Part shown: positions 1 through 13,029 of the stretch, piece after piece | How positions within the stretch are numbered: the stretch's first letter is position 1 | Layout of the letters: each line of letters begins with the position of its first letter | From: Podarcis cretensis | Lineage: Eukaryota | Direction of reading: 5' to 3' | DNA: 64,000 nucleotides | Assembly: GCA_951804945.1 (NCBI GenBank) | Contig: OX638149.1 | Span: 134,726,001 to 134,790,000 of the forward strand | The notes under the pieces: generated by a model | The model's input: only the letters and a program-made list of their open reading frames with translations | Told to the model about the DNA's origin: nothing | Database searches by the model: none | Position numbers and translations under genes: made by a program

Positions 1-107
1 AGTCAGTAGTCTCCCAGAGTAGCATCCCATAAGGGGGAGGGCTAAACAGAAACAGTGTTCCTGCAGCAGCAGTAGCAGAAGCACCAGATGTAATGCATTT
101 TTTGCTC

Positions 108-155
<48 letters not shown>

Positions 156-402
156 CCCACCCATCTGTGGATACATGTGTGGGTGCATCTGTGGGTACAC
201 TCTGGGCGGCTCCCAACAGAATATTAAAAACGTGATAAAACATCAAACATTGAAAACTTCCCTAAACAGGGCTTCCTTCAGATGTCTTCTAAAAGTCAGA
301 TAGTTGTTTATTTCCTTGACATCTGATGGGAGGGTGTTCCACAGGGTGGGCACAACTACCGAGAAGGCCCTCTGTCTGGTTCCCTGGAACCTCACTTCTT
401 GC
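108..402 (-). mobile_element. L2-clade LINE 3' fragment with (AAT)n tail
   Basis: Minus-strand ...RAFSVVVPTLWNTLP...FRRHLKEALFREVF, typical of an L2 ORF2 C-terminus. (AAT)n at 108-153. Same family as 61470-61970. Confidence 0.75.
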
Positions 403-415
403 ATGGAAGAGAGTA

Positions 416-743
416 CAGTGGTGCCTCGCAAGACGAAAAGAATCCGTTCCGCGATTCTCTTCGTCTAGCGGTTTTTTCGTCTTGCGAAGCAAGCCCATTG
501 ACGGCTTAGTGGATTAGCGGCTTTTAGCGGCTTATCGGCTTATCGGATCAGCTGATAAGCGGCTTAGCGGCTTAGAAAAAGGGGAGGGGAAGGGAAAAAA
601 AAACGCAGGAACTCGCAAGACATTTTTGTCTTGCGAAGCAAGCCCATAGGAAATTCATTTTGCGAAGCGCCTCCAAAACGGAAAACCCTTTCATCTAGCG
701 GGTTTTCCGTCTTGCGAGGCGTTTGTCTTGCGGGGCACCACTG
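416..743. mobile_element. Tc1/mariner-pogo type MITE
   Basis: TIR CAGTGGTGCCTCGCAAGAC / GTCTTGCGGGGCACCACTG; TA on both sides; sibling at 25133. Confidence 0.9.
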
Positions 744-834
744 TATTTTACATCTAGAAGCATGGAAGAGAGTACAGTACATCTAGAAGCAGCCATTTTT
801 CCACAGGGGAGTGATAGGATGCAGGGCTACGTTT

Positions 835-1665
835 CATAGAATCGTAGAATTGAAGAGTTGGAATGGATCCTGAGGGCCATCTAGAGCAGTGTTTCCCAAC
901 CTTGGGTCTGCAACTGCTTTTGGACTACAATTCCCATCATCCCTGACCACTGGTCTTGCTAGCTAGGGATGATGGGAGTTGTAGTCCAAAAAGAGCTGAA
1001 GACCCAACGTTGGGAAACAGTGATCTAGAGCAATCCCCTGCAAAGCAGGAAGCTCAACTAAAGAACCCATGACAGAGTGGCCATTAAACTTCTACTTAAA
1101 AACCTCCAAGGAAGGAGAGTCCACTACCTCCCAAGGGAGATGGTTTCACAATGAACAGCTCTTACTGTCAGAATGCTCTTCCTGGTATTTAGTCGTCATC
1201 TCCTTTCTTGTAACTGCAAACCATTGATTTGACTCCTACCCTCCAGAGCAGGAGAAAACAAGCTTGTTCTATGCTCCATACGAAACCCTTTCAGATATTT
1301 AAAGAAGACTACCATATCTCCTCTCAGTCTCCTCTTTTCTAGGCTAAATATACCAAACTGCCTCAGTTGTTGCTCACAAGGCTTGGTTTCCAGACCCTTG
1401 ATCATCTTGGTCCCCTTCCTCTGCACTCACTCCAGTTTGTCAATATCCTCCTTAAACTGTGGCACTCAGAACTGGACACAGAATTCCAGGTGTGGTCTGA
1501 CTAAGGCAAAATAGAGTGGTGTGATTACTTCCCTTGATCTATCCTTCTGTTGATGCAGCCTAGAATAGTATTAGCTTTTTTTGCTGCTGCATCACACTGT
1601 TGACTAATCCCTGGATCCTTTTCAGACGTACCACTGGCAAGCCAGGTATTCCCCATCTTGTATTT
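835..1665 (-). mobile_element. CR1 LINE 3' fragment
   Basis: Minus-strand KMIKGLETKP.EQQLRQFGIFSLEKRRLRGDMV..FKYLKG; (ATTCT)-type tail remnant at 835-850. Confidence 0.9.
887..1022. mobile_element. Palindromic hAT (Charlie-like) MITE nested in CR1
   Basis: 8-bp TSD ATCTAGAG (879-886, 1023-1030); element is almost fully self-complementary. Confidence 0.9.
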
Positions 1666-4492
1666 ATACCATCTTGTGTGTGTTTTATGTTATATAAGCA
1701 GGTTCTTTGGCTGAAGAGGGGTTAAATGAATGAATACCAAAGAGGAGAATCAGAGTGTTGATGCTTGTACCAACTAACTAGCATTATACTACCATTTAAA
1801 GAGGATTATAGATCACTAAATTTTAGGGAGTTAGTGAAAACCTATGAAGAGTTGTGTGCAGATTTAATTAAGTTAATCCATGTGGAACAAATCAATGTTT
1901 CCACTTTACAGTCATCCATACAAGAAAAGGATGTTTTAGCTCTTAAAATCTGTCTAAGATGCCCATGCTTTCTTTTTGAGCCCTAGTTAATGAATATATT
2001 GAACTAAGAGTACACAGTGCTTTCCTGTATAGTGCCCAAAAATGGATGATTGCGGAATCAAAATCCTTCCTGCGTTTGCTTCTAAGATAGCTGGAGACAA
2101 CACAGAATGGTGAGATGCCTCCAGTTTTACATGTGGCTAAAGCCTTTGATATTGGGCATAGTCTCTGAAGATGTGCATTTTTCCAGCTTTTTTTTTTTCT
2201 GGCTGAACATTTAAAATAAGAACCCTATTAGCTGTTCAGGTGAATAATTATTATTCCTCTTTCTTTTATTACCAGTACATACCCAAACACACACAGCGTC
2301 AATATTAGCATTTGGGAATTGGAGGAAATTTCTCTTATTTCTACATGTCAGCCTTTTATCTTGGCACAAACTAGAATATCTCTGAATGCTTTTTGAAGAG
2401 CAAAAATAATTTAGCTAAATGTTTTTTTTCTGAATAATTTCACAGTTTTTTTCAAGTAACTGGAGTATCAAGAGTACTGTGGTAATTATTTGATTGCTGA
2501 TTATTATAGTGTTGTCTTCACTATAGTTATTTAAATTGTTAATGGAAAGCTACTAGTATAATTAAATATTTCTGAGCACTTGACTACAGTTGCATTGAAC
2601 TGTGAAGAAATAATGTTATATAGCCAATCAAAAAGAGATACATGTAAACTCATTTAGAGCGCCAGTGTGTGTTAGGACTATGATGGTGATGCTTATTGCA
2701 GGAGAAATTAAAGATACATTTTTATGCTAAGAGGCAATACAGAAATTAGTTCCTGAATTAGTTGTTAATTGATTTGGTAATTCCCCCGGGTATGCATGCT
2801 CTTTTCCCTTTTTTGTTGTTGCATTCAGTTAACAGTGACTATTCCCAGAGCTCTTGAAATATTTTTCCAATTAGATCAAATGTGCCCTTATATCAGAGTG
2901 GCTAGAGCCAGGGATAACTGCATACAATGTTTAATCTGCATTTGGAGGCTGTCCGTAATTCCACTGTTTGTTGATCCAAACAATATGTTATGCCATTATT
3001 TCATAAGCTGTGGTGGTGCACGCAAAAGTAGTGGTCTGAGTCATAAGTGCAGTTAAACGTGTTTTTAAAAGTTTGGTTCTTTTTCTTCTTCATGTGCTTG
3101 TCACCAAGTGCCTGTGGCTCCAGTCACTCTGATATGAGTCTGATATAAGGTCGCCTTTAAGGTCAGGTTTGATCTAATTTGAAAAAATGTTGTTGGTATA
3201 AGGAAATTTACAGGGAGACAATGCAGCTTCTCTGGTGCAGATGAGAATGAGGGATTTTTTTTCTTCCAGTTCTTCTAAATTTAAGATGTGAAAGTAGTCA
3301 TCCAAATTATTGTCCTATGTGTTCTCCTTCCAGTGATTATTCAACAAGAATACACAGCCCAAATACTGAATGATCTGGATCTTACCATTGCACAACAGTA
3401 TTAAAGTAATTCTCTGCAATATTGTTAGATGTCGTCTTTCAAATACACAAGATTAAATGAACATTTCTGATGTGGAAAAAAAAATGTTGCTGGTTTGCCA
3501 TGTGTGAGAGACTTTTAGAAATGGTTTTGGTTTTATGTATTTATTTACAATATTTGTATAATGCCCAATAACCTATAGGATTCAATTTATTTAATGTATA
3601 TTGATGCAACATGCAGATTCCAAAAGAAGCGTTGTGGGGAACCGCTTAGGATTCTTTAGCGTCTTCCTTTTTGCATCAGTGTTACACATTTATTGCATGT
3701 TAGCTCTGTGGCAATTAATACAGTGTACTTGTCAAATGCACTTGGGAATTCCTCACAAATTCCTTTGCTTCGGGCATTAAAAAGAAACAGTGTGTACAAT
3801 CTGAAAATGTTGATGCCAGGGTTCTTTCATCACATAGTGTAAGGAGGGAATTAGCAGGCAGATGAAGTGATTTACAAAATGAGATTAAGTAGAATAGTGA
3901 TGACAGTTAGCAAGTCAGATTGCTTCGTAGACTTTTGTTGACACAAGGATTATTAATATGTTGTAGAGATGTTAAGGGAATTCTGCCATATTTGTATGGT
4001 TGCCAACTAAACGTTGACACTTGCATTGTGGCTAATAAATTCATTTAGATTTATAAGCATTGTTTACAGAACCTATACGCCTGCTGAAACTCTAACAGCA
4101 TCTGTTCCTTCTTACTAATTAACAGCTAATTACGAATGAGCTTTGTGTGTTTGTCAGTGTAACCGGCTCATGCATTTTGTAGGGAACATTAACAAATTGA
4201 TTTACATAGTAGGAAAGCAATCAAAAGAGTAAACTGAACAGCAAGTATTTAAAGGCCCTTAGCTTCTTCTTGAACAATGTAAACTTGTGACAGTCTAAAT
4301 ATTTCCATGCAATTTAAGTAACTGCACAAATGTGTACCAGTTACTTGTTGAAATAATGATTTTCAAAGCAAAATTGTGAGAAAAGGAGCTTGTATGGTGC
4401 ATATAAGCAGGGCGTTTTTCATCTGGAACTGGCTGAACTCAGTTCCAGCCCCTCTCAGGTAGTCACCATTGCCCTTTTCATGGAGTTGGAAT

Positions 4493-4609
4493 TAGAGATG
4501 GGAAGACCCAGAAAAACAGAAAAGTCAAGGCGGGGGAAGGGGACCCTCTTCCCCCTAAAGTGAGGGAGAACTGGTTTTCCCAGTTTTTCTCTGGGCCTTT
4601 ACGTCTCTA
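4493..4609. mobile_element. Degraded hAT-like MITE, next to a fragment (about 4408-4475) of the 20550 MITE family
   Basis: TAGAGATG ... CGTCTCTA ends; flanks GTTGGAAT / TATGGAAT form an imperfect 8-bp TSD. Confidence 0.4.
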
Positions 4610-5417
4610 TATGGAATTCTTTGTCAGAGTCTTCCCATGCACCATGGAGAACAGTTGGAGGTTTTGATGCAGTTTTCAAAACAGGACCCCCTTTTTTCTG
4701 GGTAATGAAATAAGGTACCACAAGAGAGATCTTATGGTATCTGAAAAACATTTATAATGGCATAAACATTTGTGGACAACAAAAACCTGAGCAAACTCTG
4801 CAAACTTTTTCTTTTTTACCTTGATAAACCTTGTTTATCAACCTTGATAAACAAAAGGAAAATGCTCTGACTTAAGTGCACACATAAGTGCCCCTCACGG
4901 ACTCTGCCTAACCTTCCTCACTTGGCTGTTGTGAAGCTACAGAAGGAAGTATAAAATAGCTGCAAGAAGGAACTTAGTGCGGGTATCATCAAATTTTGGC
5001 TCCTTTAACCGGCCTGGTGCATCTTTGTCCTATACAGGCAGAATTCTTTTTGTGACAGTACTCACAAGCAGCCATTTCGTCTTGGCGCCTACTACACTTT
5101 TATGAATATATGAGTACTTGCACCTTGTTTGCACTGTATCATGTTTATCTGCAGACACCCCCTCCACACACATTAGTGCAGCTTCAACCAGTCTGCTGTG
5201 GTTATTTCATGTTTTAGATCCCATTTTAAAAAAACAAACCAATTTTCAGTGTTTTGCACTGAAAATAAGCATTCCGAATCAAAGGCCTCTCAGTCAAAAG
5301 AAATTTAAAACCCACATTCTGAATTCAATGTAGCACTCATTGGGATATGCATCCAGGGAGCAAGGTCCACTTATGCGATTATTCTTTCCTCCCCTCCTTC
5401 CCCATGTGGAGGGAAAC

Positions 5418-5601
5418 CAGTGGTTCCCAATTAGCTAAGTACTGCAGACCTCGTGTTTTTCAAAAGCCATTCATGGACCTCTTACTTTTGAGCATTTTTA
5501 TATTTCTATGGTAATTCTTGTTAAGTGAATGGTGTCACAGACCCCGAGGGGGGTTACATTGACCCCCCTGGGGTCCACAGCCCACATATTGGAAACCACT
5601 G
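5418..5601. mobile_element. Old hAT/Charlie-like MITE
   Basis: CAGTGGTTCCCAA ... TTGGAAACCACTG inverted ends; TSD decayed. Confidence 0.55.
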
Positions 5602-6161
5602 CTCTAAACCTATTCTGGGTTTTTCCCCAACCTCCGGAGTCAATTTAGAGAACAAAAGGAAAGGAGAAGAATTCCTGTTGCATGATTAGACTACATTCTG
5701 CACACACAACAATTTAGTTGAATCCTGCTCATAGCAATGAGTTTCATTGAGCATTCTGACACAGGCATTTCCCCCCTTTCTTTTGCACACGCACACACAT
5801 GCACACATACACTTGTTGACAAATTCTGCTTTCCAAAGTAAACAAGAGAATGAAGACAGGTCATATGTGTTGACAGGTGGTAAGTGAGCACATGGGATCC
5901 TCATTGCTCCAGCAGCCCCACCTTCAACAACGAAAAGCTGCATACCTGCTTGTGTCAAACCCAGACCCAGAAATTAAAAGATCCACATGAGAGCCTGTTG
6001 TAACGTTTCAATTCATATCTGAGCACAACAGGCATAAAGTGGCTTATGTAGCATTTTCACTACAGAGTTAGTGGGTTAAATGTACAACATCTCTAATGTA
6101 TTTTGGGGTACATTCAAGCAAATAATAGTAACACTTTAATTGAAAATGGCTCAAATGATTA

Positions 6162-6467
6162 CAGTATTTTGCACCCTATAGGACGCACCGTCCCATAAGG
6201 CGCACCTAGTTTTTTGGGGGGGGGAATAAAGGGGGGGAAATTTATTTTTCCCCCCCGGCGTGGGGCTGGGGCGAGGGAAGCCCAAGCTTCCCCCGACACC
6301 AGCCCCCAGAACAGGCAACTCTCCACAAGCCTTGTGGAGAGCTGCGCGAAGTCTGGAGAGCGAGAGGGGTCGGTGCGCAAAGCCTGCATTCGCCCCATAG
6401 GATGCACACACATTTCCCCTTCATTTTTGGAGGGGAAAAAGTGCGTCCTATAGGGCAAAAAATACGG
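6162..6467 (-). mobile_element. Tc2/pogo-type MITE with C(C/A)GTA termini
   Basis: TA flanks; CAGTATTTT ... AAAATACGG ends; inverted, shorter relative of 52603-53188. Confidence 0.85.
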
Positions 6468-7100
6468 TAGCTAAAACATGCTTTATTCACTAAAAACTAT
6501 ATTAGACCACAATCCTATGCACAGTTACCTGGAAGGAAGTTCTTTTGAACACAATGACCAACCAGATGCCTGTTGGAAATCTGCAAGGAGGACACAATCC
6601 CAGTAGTAACTACTAAGAGCCTTATGATGAACAAGAGGTAAAGGACTGAGAAAATAGATAGCTGAATACTAGAAAGATTAGTGCAGGGTTCATTTGCCAT
6701 TTAACTTGACTGTAATGATCCAAGAAAAGAGAGCAAGTAGATTAACAGAAATGGATGAAATCATATTCTATTCCACTTGGAAGAACTGTAAATGTCAATT
6801 GGGAGAGAAATTAAGTAAGAAGACCAAAAGCATCGACAAGAATGAAATGAGGCTAAAATTTAAAAGCACCATAGAATGAGACAAATACATACTGCATTGA
6901 CTCAGTGGCACTTTGACATTCTTTCTTAGTGCCCGACTTTGGCATTTTTTTTAGTTTCTCTCACAATGTGCAAATAATATACTTAGGACAGTTCCCAGTC
7001 TTCTGATGTTTATACTGTTTTCTAATACATGTGGCTGATAAATTGGTCTAAACCAATTCAGTAGTTTATCACAAATGGTTTCAAACAATTCATTATAGTA

Positions 7101-7724
7101 CAGTGGTACCTTGGTTCTCAAACTTAATCCGTTCTGGAAGTCAGTTCCAAAACAAAAGCGTTCCAAAACCAAGGTGCACTTTCCCATAGAATGTATGGGC
7201 AAAGCGGATTAATCACTTCCAGACTTTTAAAAACAACTCCTAAAAGAAAAATTTAACATGAATTTTACAATCTAACAAGGCCATTGATCCATAAAATGAA
7301 AGCAATAATCAATGTACTGCACTATAAAATAAATGAGACAATATTTAATTATTTTCTTACCTGCACTGATGATAATCATTATTTGGATGCGGGACTTTAA
7401 TCTGTTTCCATAGTCACACAATCAATCAGTCAATCAATCAGTAGCTGAACTGGGTTTCAGAGTCCCAAAAACAAATTAACTGAAAAAGCCTTTAAAAACC
7501 CCACACAAAAACGAAAGCGCCAAACAATCTGTTCCGGAAGTAGTCCGTTTGACTTCCGAAATGTTAAAAAACTAAGGCGCAGCTTCTGATTGGTGCAAGC
7601 GCCACGGAAACGATAGCCAACAACTGCATTGGACATTGGGCTTCCAGAAAACGTTCAAAACCCGGAACACGTCTGGGTTTTTGGTGTTTGGGAACCAAGG
7701 CGTTTGAGGACCGAGGTACCACTG
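7101..7724. mobile_element. Tigger/pogo-like non-autonomous transposon (624 bp)
   Basis: TIR CAGTGGTACCT(T/C)GG; TA on both sides. Confidence 0.88.
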
Positions 7725-8624
7725 TATCTTTAACCGAGGGGTATGTAACAGACATGGGAACTTACACAGATTCATGGCTGGCTGGAGAAACAAGAAAAAG
7801 AGCTGTGATGGACAAAGTTGTTGATTCTCCCCCCTGCCCCCTCCTATGAGGTGAGGCAGGTGGCTAATAGAAAGAGGGCCTTGTGGGTGGTGGCATCCGG
7901 CTTTCCAGCAAGGTTGACTGGTGCTGTCTTTATGGTCTTTTGGCACTGGGTGGATTTTCCTCAAACCCCGGCCCCAGGCCTTTTAATAAAGTTGTGCTTT
8001 TAAAACCAGGGTTTCTCAACTAATGATTTCTGTTTTATTGTAATCCATGTTATGAAGTACTTTGATACTTTTATGCTGCTTTTATTGTGTTGTGTTTTTT
8101 TTTTTTGGTTGTTTTTTTTTGGTGAGCCATCCAGTAAATGGGTCATTGGAGAAGCATACTGGAAGGAAGTCACAGAGCCTCTTGCTCTTCTATCAGGCTG
8201 GCAAAAAGTTGTCTTTGCAGAATCTCCACCTGTTTTAAAAGTCTTCCCTGTTGATGATTTTTCATAATACATTTTAGGAAGGAAACCTGGGAGTGGGGGG
8301 CAGGGAGAGGCATAAATGGTATTGTTTTGTACACCGATTGGAGAGTTTTAGTAGTTTAAAGAATCCAGTAACTGTACTCTTAGTTGCTACATTAAAACAC
8401 AGACTTCTAATACACATAAGGTGGTTTTCTTTGATTCTCCCTAAATTTGCTTTTTCATGACATCTCTTATGACTATAATTACCAGATTACATGGGAGGAA
8501 TGTAGAGGTGACACATTCTGCAACAAGAATGCAAAAAGGAGGAACCTGTTCCCTAAAGTGCCAGCAAAGAGGATTTATTACAGTTCAGCGTGTTTCAAAA
8601 GCACAAATCTCTTGTTTAGGAACA

Positions 8625-9713
8625 GGGTCATTCCACGCCAAATCACCTGGTGCCATGTGCTCTCACTTCTCAGATCTTGTTCAAAAAAATAATTATGTGT
8701 AGATACCTAGGAGATAACCTCAAATTATTTTTTAAAGGTTTTTTGGTCCAAAATTGGGCGCAGGGGAATTTTTTAAAAATGTCAATTTTCACACGATTTA
8801 GGCTAATGCAATTTCTGCATCAGATATTGCATACAGTGGCCAAAACAGCATCATTGACCATATTACATGTATGGGAAACAAAATAGCTTTGAGCATATTA
8901 TTTCACAAGTGTTTTACACAATAAAATGAACAAGGGTTCCAAGACATATTTTGTTTTTATTAAATAAATAATAAAACTTGATTTTTAAAAAATATTTTAT
9001 AACCACAAAACACGCTTCTTATTTTTAAAACATAACAAGTTCATGGTTAGCCCATTCTACAAAAAAGTATGATACAGTGGTACCTGTTTACCAACTTAAT
9101 CCGTTCCGGAAGTCCGTTCTTAAACCGAAACCGTTCTTAAACCAAGGGTCACTTTCCCTAATGAGGCCTCCTGCTTTCGGTGCCCTTCTACCATTTGGCT
9201 TCTGTTCTTAGACTGAGGTAAAGTTCGCAAACCTGGACACCACTTCTGGTTTCTCGCAGTTAATAAACCGAATAGTTCGTAAACAGGGCTGTTCTTAAAC
9301 CGAGGTACCACTGTACATGTGTTAGTTGTGGTTTGCGCACTACTTATCGAACCTACCAAGGTAGAAAAAGACTAAAATTCACTTTGAATGGTCGATGACC
9401 CTTTTCTGTGGCACTTAATACCATTTTTATACTTTATTTTGAAAGAGACCAAAATTAGCTTTATTTTGATAATAAAATAAGCCCAATTGGTTGAAAAATA
9501 AGTGGAAAATATTTTTTCTAAACTGATGCAGAAAAATCATTTCACCTAAATCATGCAAAAATTGAATCTTAAAAAAAATTTCTCCTGTGCCCAATTTTGG
9601 ACCAAAAAAATCTTATCTCATAGGTAAGTGCACACACAAAAATTTTGAACAAAATCTGAGACATGAGAGCACAGTCAAGTATTAAAATCAGGTGATTTGG
9701 CGTGGAATGACCC
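8625..9713. mobile_element. Non-autonomous DNA transposon with GGG termini, long TIRs and 4-bp TSD (Sola2-like)
   Basis: Perfect 25-bp TIR GGGTCATTCCACGCCAAATCACCTG; imperfect inverted match continues about 150 bp; AACA duplicated at 8621-24 and 9714-17. Confidence 0.8.
9075..9313. mobile_element. Tigger-like MITE nested in the 8625-9713 element
   Basis: CAGTGGTACCT / AGGTACCACTG, TA TSD; sibling at 32836. Confidence 0.88.
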
Positions 9714-10762
9714 AACAATCAGCTTCATTAACTGAAGCAGCTTGCTTAAATATTTCTGCCTGTGTGGCAACACGAGGAAACAAGCAAAATGATATTAGAA
9801 GTAAATTTGAACCATTTCCATTGTGATGAATCCTGGAGGGCACCCTTTCTTACAATTGTAGGATTACCACATCCTTACGTCTATTATGCCAAAACAAATT
9901 CTCTGTTCTCCTTTTTCAGTGGTATCTTTTAATTTCCTTATAAAGAAGGTAATTTCTGTTTCCTACAAATAAAAGTAATTTGAAAACAATTATTTAATGA
10001 CAACAACAATAATATTGCCAGCATTTCCACTACATTTGCTCCCTGAATTCTTTGTAGACACACCCATTGTTAAATAGTTGGTCAGTGGAATCTTTTATTG
10101 CATTATGCCATGAGAAGCTGTATGAATTGCTGCTGAAGAATGAAGATACTATTTTTATTTATTCATTGTTTATCCCTTTATCCAAAGGAGCCCAGTGTGG
10201 TCATACAATACATAAATAGCACAACAAAATTAAAATTAAAAACACGATAACGATGTAAAACAATTGAAAAGACATTTTCATTGTGCATATACAGACCATT
10301 TTCAAGCTGCTGAACATACCCCCCACCCTTAGGTGCTAAACACCTGAGTGAACGGGAGTGCTTTCAGGCTCAGTCTAAGTGATGATTACATAGGGGGCAC
10401 AAACCCATTTCCCCAGTAATGTGGCCACAAAGAAGGTGCTGTGCAGATCACAATCTTCTGGGCAGCATGGAAGAACCTTTCCTTAGTTCGGAGTATATAG
10501 GGCTTTATGAGGTACATAGCCTATGACAACACATCCTTGTATACCAGAAATCTAAGGGACGGGTTGTGTTTTTTTATTGGCTGAAAGAGCCATAAAGTTT
10601 ACTTGATGACTTTTGTATGTCATTATATGTTACTATTTATTTAGAATCATTCTTTCATCTGTGCATGTAAAATTCCTGAATATTTTTGAAGCTCTTACTT
10701 TTCACTCTAACTGAACAGGTAGCATAGTAATACTATTAGTCAGAGCTCTAAGTAAAAATGAC

Positions 10763-10958
10763 NNNNNNNNNNNNNNNNNNNNNNNNNNNNNNNNNNNNNN
10801 NNNNNNNNNNNNNNNNNNNNNNNNNNNNNNNNNNNNNNNNNNNNNNNNNNNNNNNNNNNNNNNNNNNNNNNNNNNNNNNNNNNNNNNNNNNNNNNNNNNN
10901 NNNNNNNNNNNNNNNNNNNNNNNNNNNNNNNNNNNNNNNNNNNNNNNNNNNNNNNNNN
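10763..10958. other. N gap (196 nt)
   Basis: Run of N. Confidence 0.99.
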
Positions 10959-11256
10959 CTAAAGACTGCTTTCCGATTTCCTCAGAAAAGGACAAGGTCC
11001 ATTTTTCTAGGCCACATTTTCCTTAAGAAAGTTGCAGCTATTTCCATTGGATGAAAAGGACAAATTCCAACAGTTGATGATGCTTTAATGGTCTAGTTCT
11101 CCCAAACCAGTCTTTAAACAAACAAACAAACAAACAAACATGACCTACCACTTTAGATCAGGTCACATTTTAGGAGAATTTTTATGGAGCTTCCTCTCCT
11201 ATAACCTGAAACTCATTTGTTTTGTAGTAGCACATTTTGGGTCCAGATTCACAATA

Positions 11257-11487
11257 CAGTCAAACCTCGATTCTCAGACAACTCCATTTCCAAATATTTT
11301 GGCTCCCAAACGCTGAAAACCCGGAAGTAAATGTTCCGGTTTTTTGGAATCCGAACGTCCAATGCAGCTTCCGTTTGAGTTCAAGAAGCTCTTGCAGCCA
11401 ATTGGAAGCCTCACCTCGGTTGTCAAACGTTTTGGAAGTCAAACGGTCTTCTGGAACAGATTACGTTTGACAACCGAGGTTTGACTG
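11257..11487. mobile_element. Tigger-like MITE
   Basis: CAGTCAAACCTCG / CGAGGTTTGACTG, TA TSD; inverted sibling at about 22031-22262. Confidence 0.88.
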
Positions 11488-11544
11488 TAGATTATAAGTG
11501 AAACATCAATTTTCTGAGAAATAGGACTCTATGAAGTAATAGTT

Positions 11545-11900
11545 TGAATTGCTGTATTGCATTATTCATGGAGCTGCTTCTGAAGATTATTCGGAAACTT
11601 TTGCTGGTGCAAAATGCAATGGCCAGATTGCTCACCAGAACAAGACAGTTTGAGCATATAACACCAATTCTGGCACAGCTGCACTGGCCCCCAATCAGTT
11701 TCCAGGCCCATTTCAGAGTGCTGGTATTGACCTATAAAGCTTTGCCCGGCTCAGGACCTTAATAACTTAAGGATTGCTTTTACCTATTCAAACTGGAACC
11801 TGTGCTTGTCCTCTGAGGCCCTTCTCTATGCCCCCCCCCCAGAAGAAGTTTGAAGGGTGGCAACAAGAGAACAGGCTTTTTCTATGGTGGCTCCCCAATC
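11545..11900 (+). mobile_element. L2-clade LINE fragment
   Basis: LLLVQNAMARLLT....EHITPILAQLHWPP, an ORF2 C-terminal motif. Confidence 0.8.
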
Positions 11901-12559
11901 GGCTGTATCTGTGAGGTTGAACTGAAGTTATAGTGTTAGACATAATGAAAACAGCTAGGTTCCAATGATAAGGTTTGGAAACCAAAGGTGCTCTCAAAAC
12001 CTAGTAACTAGTTTGTTTATTTAAGACCATTTGCATACCACTTAGTACATAAACTATCTCTTAAGCAGTGCACAGCAATTAAAAAACACAAATATTACAG
12101 AAAATCTATCATAAAACCATCAATGTAGAGTGCTGAAGATGAATTTCTAGTCATAACAGTTCCTCATCAGCATATTACCCTAGTGCTGAAAGGTTTGGCA
12201 GTTGCTGCCAGTACATTACTAAGCTAGTTTAAGGTCTTATTGGTGGTGTATAAAGCCCTAAACAGCCAAGAACAAGGTTACCTTATATCGTCCAGATTGT
12301 TCCATGTTACCACATATTTATTTAGTACTGTATTTTATGACGTTTTCATGCTTTTATCGTACACTGCTATTTTTCAATGAGTTGGTTGTTTATTTTATTT
12401 ATAAGAAAAATTCTAAATACAGATGACCAAGAACGTCAATTAAAAGCAAAGAAGAACAAATAAAACATTATGACATACAGGGGGCAAGGTTCAAGTTTAA
12501 CAATCAGTACTATCTACTGTTTGAAAAACAATCCTCAGAATTGCATTCCATCATTCCAC

Positions 12560-13029
12560 AGAGGGTAGGGCCGTTTGAGGTAGTGGGGCAAATTAACACT
12601 GTGTCGTTCTGGCTCAGACTGCCAGCTTCGATGAAGATCCATCCAGTGTTCCATAGGGCTCTCCTGTCACCAGTCACTCCAGCCCACCGATATCAGAAGC
12701 CTAGGCAAGCACCCCCTCCTCCCGTACTGGTGAAGAATCAAGAGGAATAGGAGGTGGAGGAGATATTGGACACTAGATTTTTCAGGAGAAAGTTGCAGTA
12801 TTTGGTGACCTGGAAGGGTTATGGACCTGAGGAAAGGCGAGAGAGGCGAGGATGTATGTTCCCCTGCATTGCAGAGAGTTCCATCGCCATTACCCACACA
12901 AGCCCAAACCTAGAGAGTGGGGGGAGGAGGCTAACCAAGAAGAAGAAGAGTGCAGGATGGGGGAGACCGGAAATGAGGGAGCCCTTCACAGCAGGCAAAG
13001 AGGAGGAGGGAGGACTTAGAGGAGGGTGA
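12560..13029 (+). mobile_element. Ty3/Gypsy chromovirus 3' internal region: degenerate integrase C-terminus, chromodomain and polypurine tract
   Basis: GPF motif (GPFEVVGQINTVSFWLRLPASMKIHPVFH); chromodomain [26 protein letters not shown]...FHRHYPHKP with a stop and frameshifts; purine tract at 13000-13028. Confidence 0.92.

Noticed and set aside
12541-13029. Domesticated sushi/chromodomain gene
   Set aside because: In-frame stop at 12748-50, frameshifts and an attached PPT/LTR indicate a decaying element.
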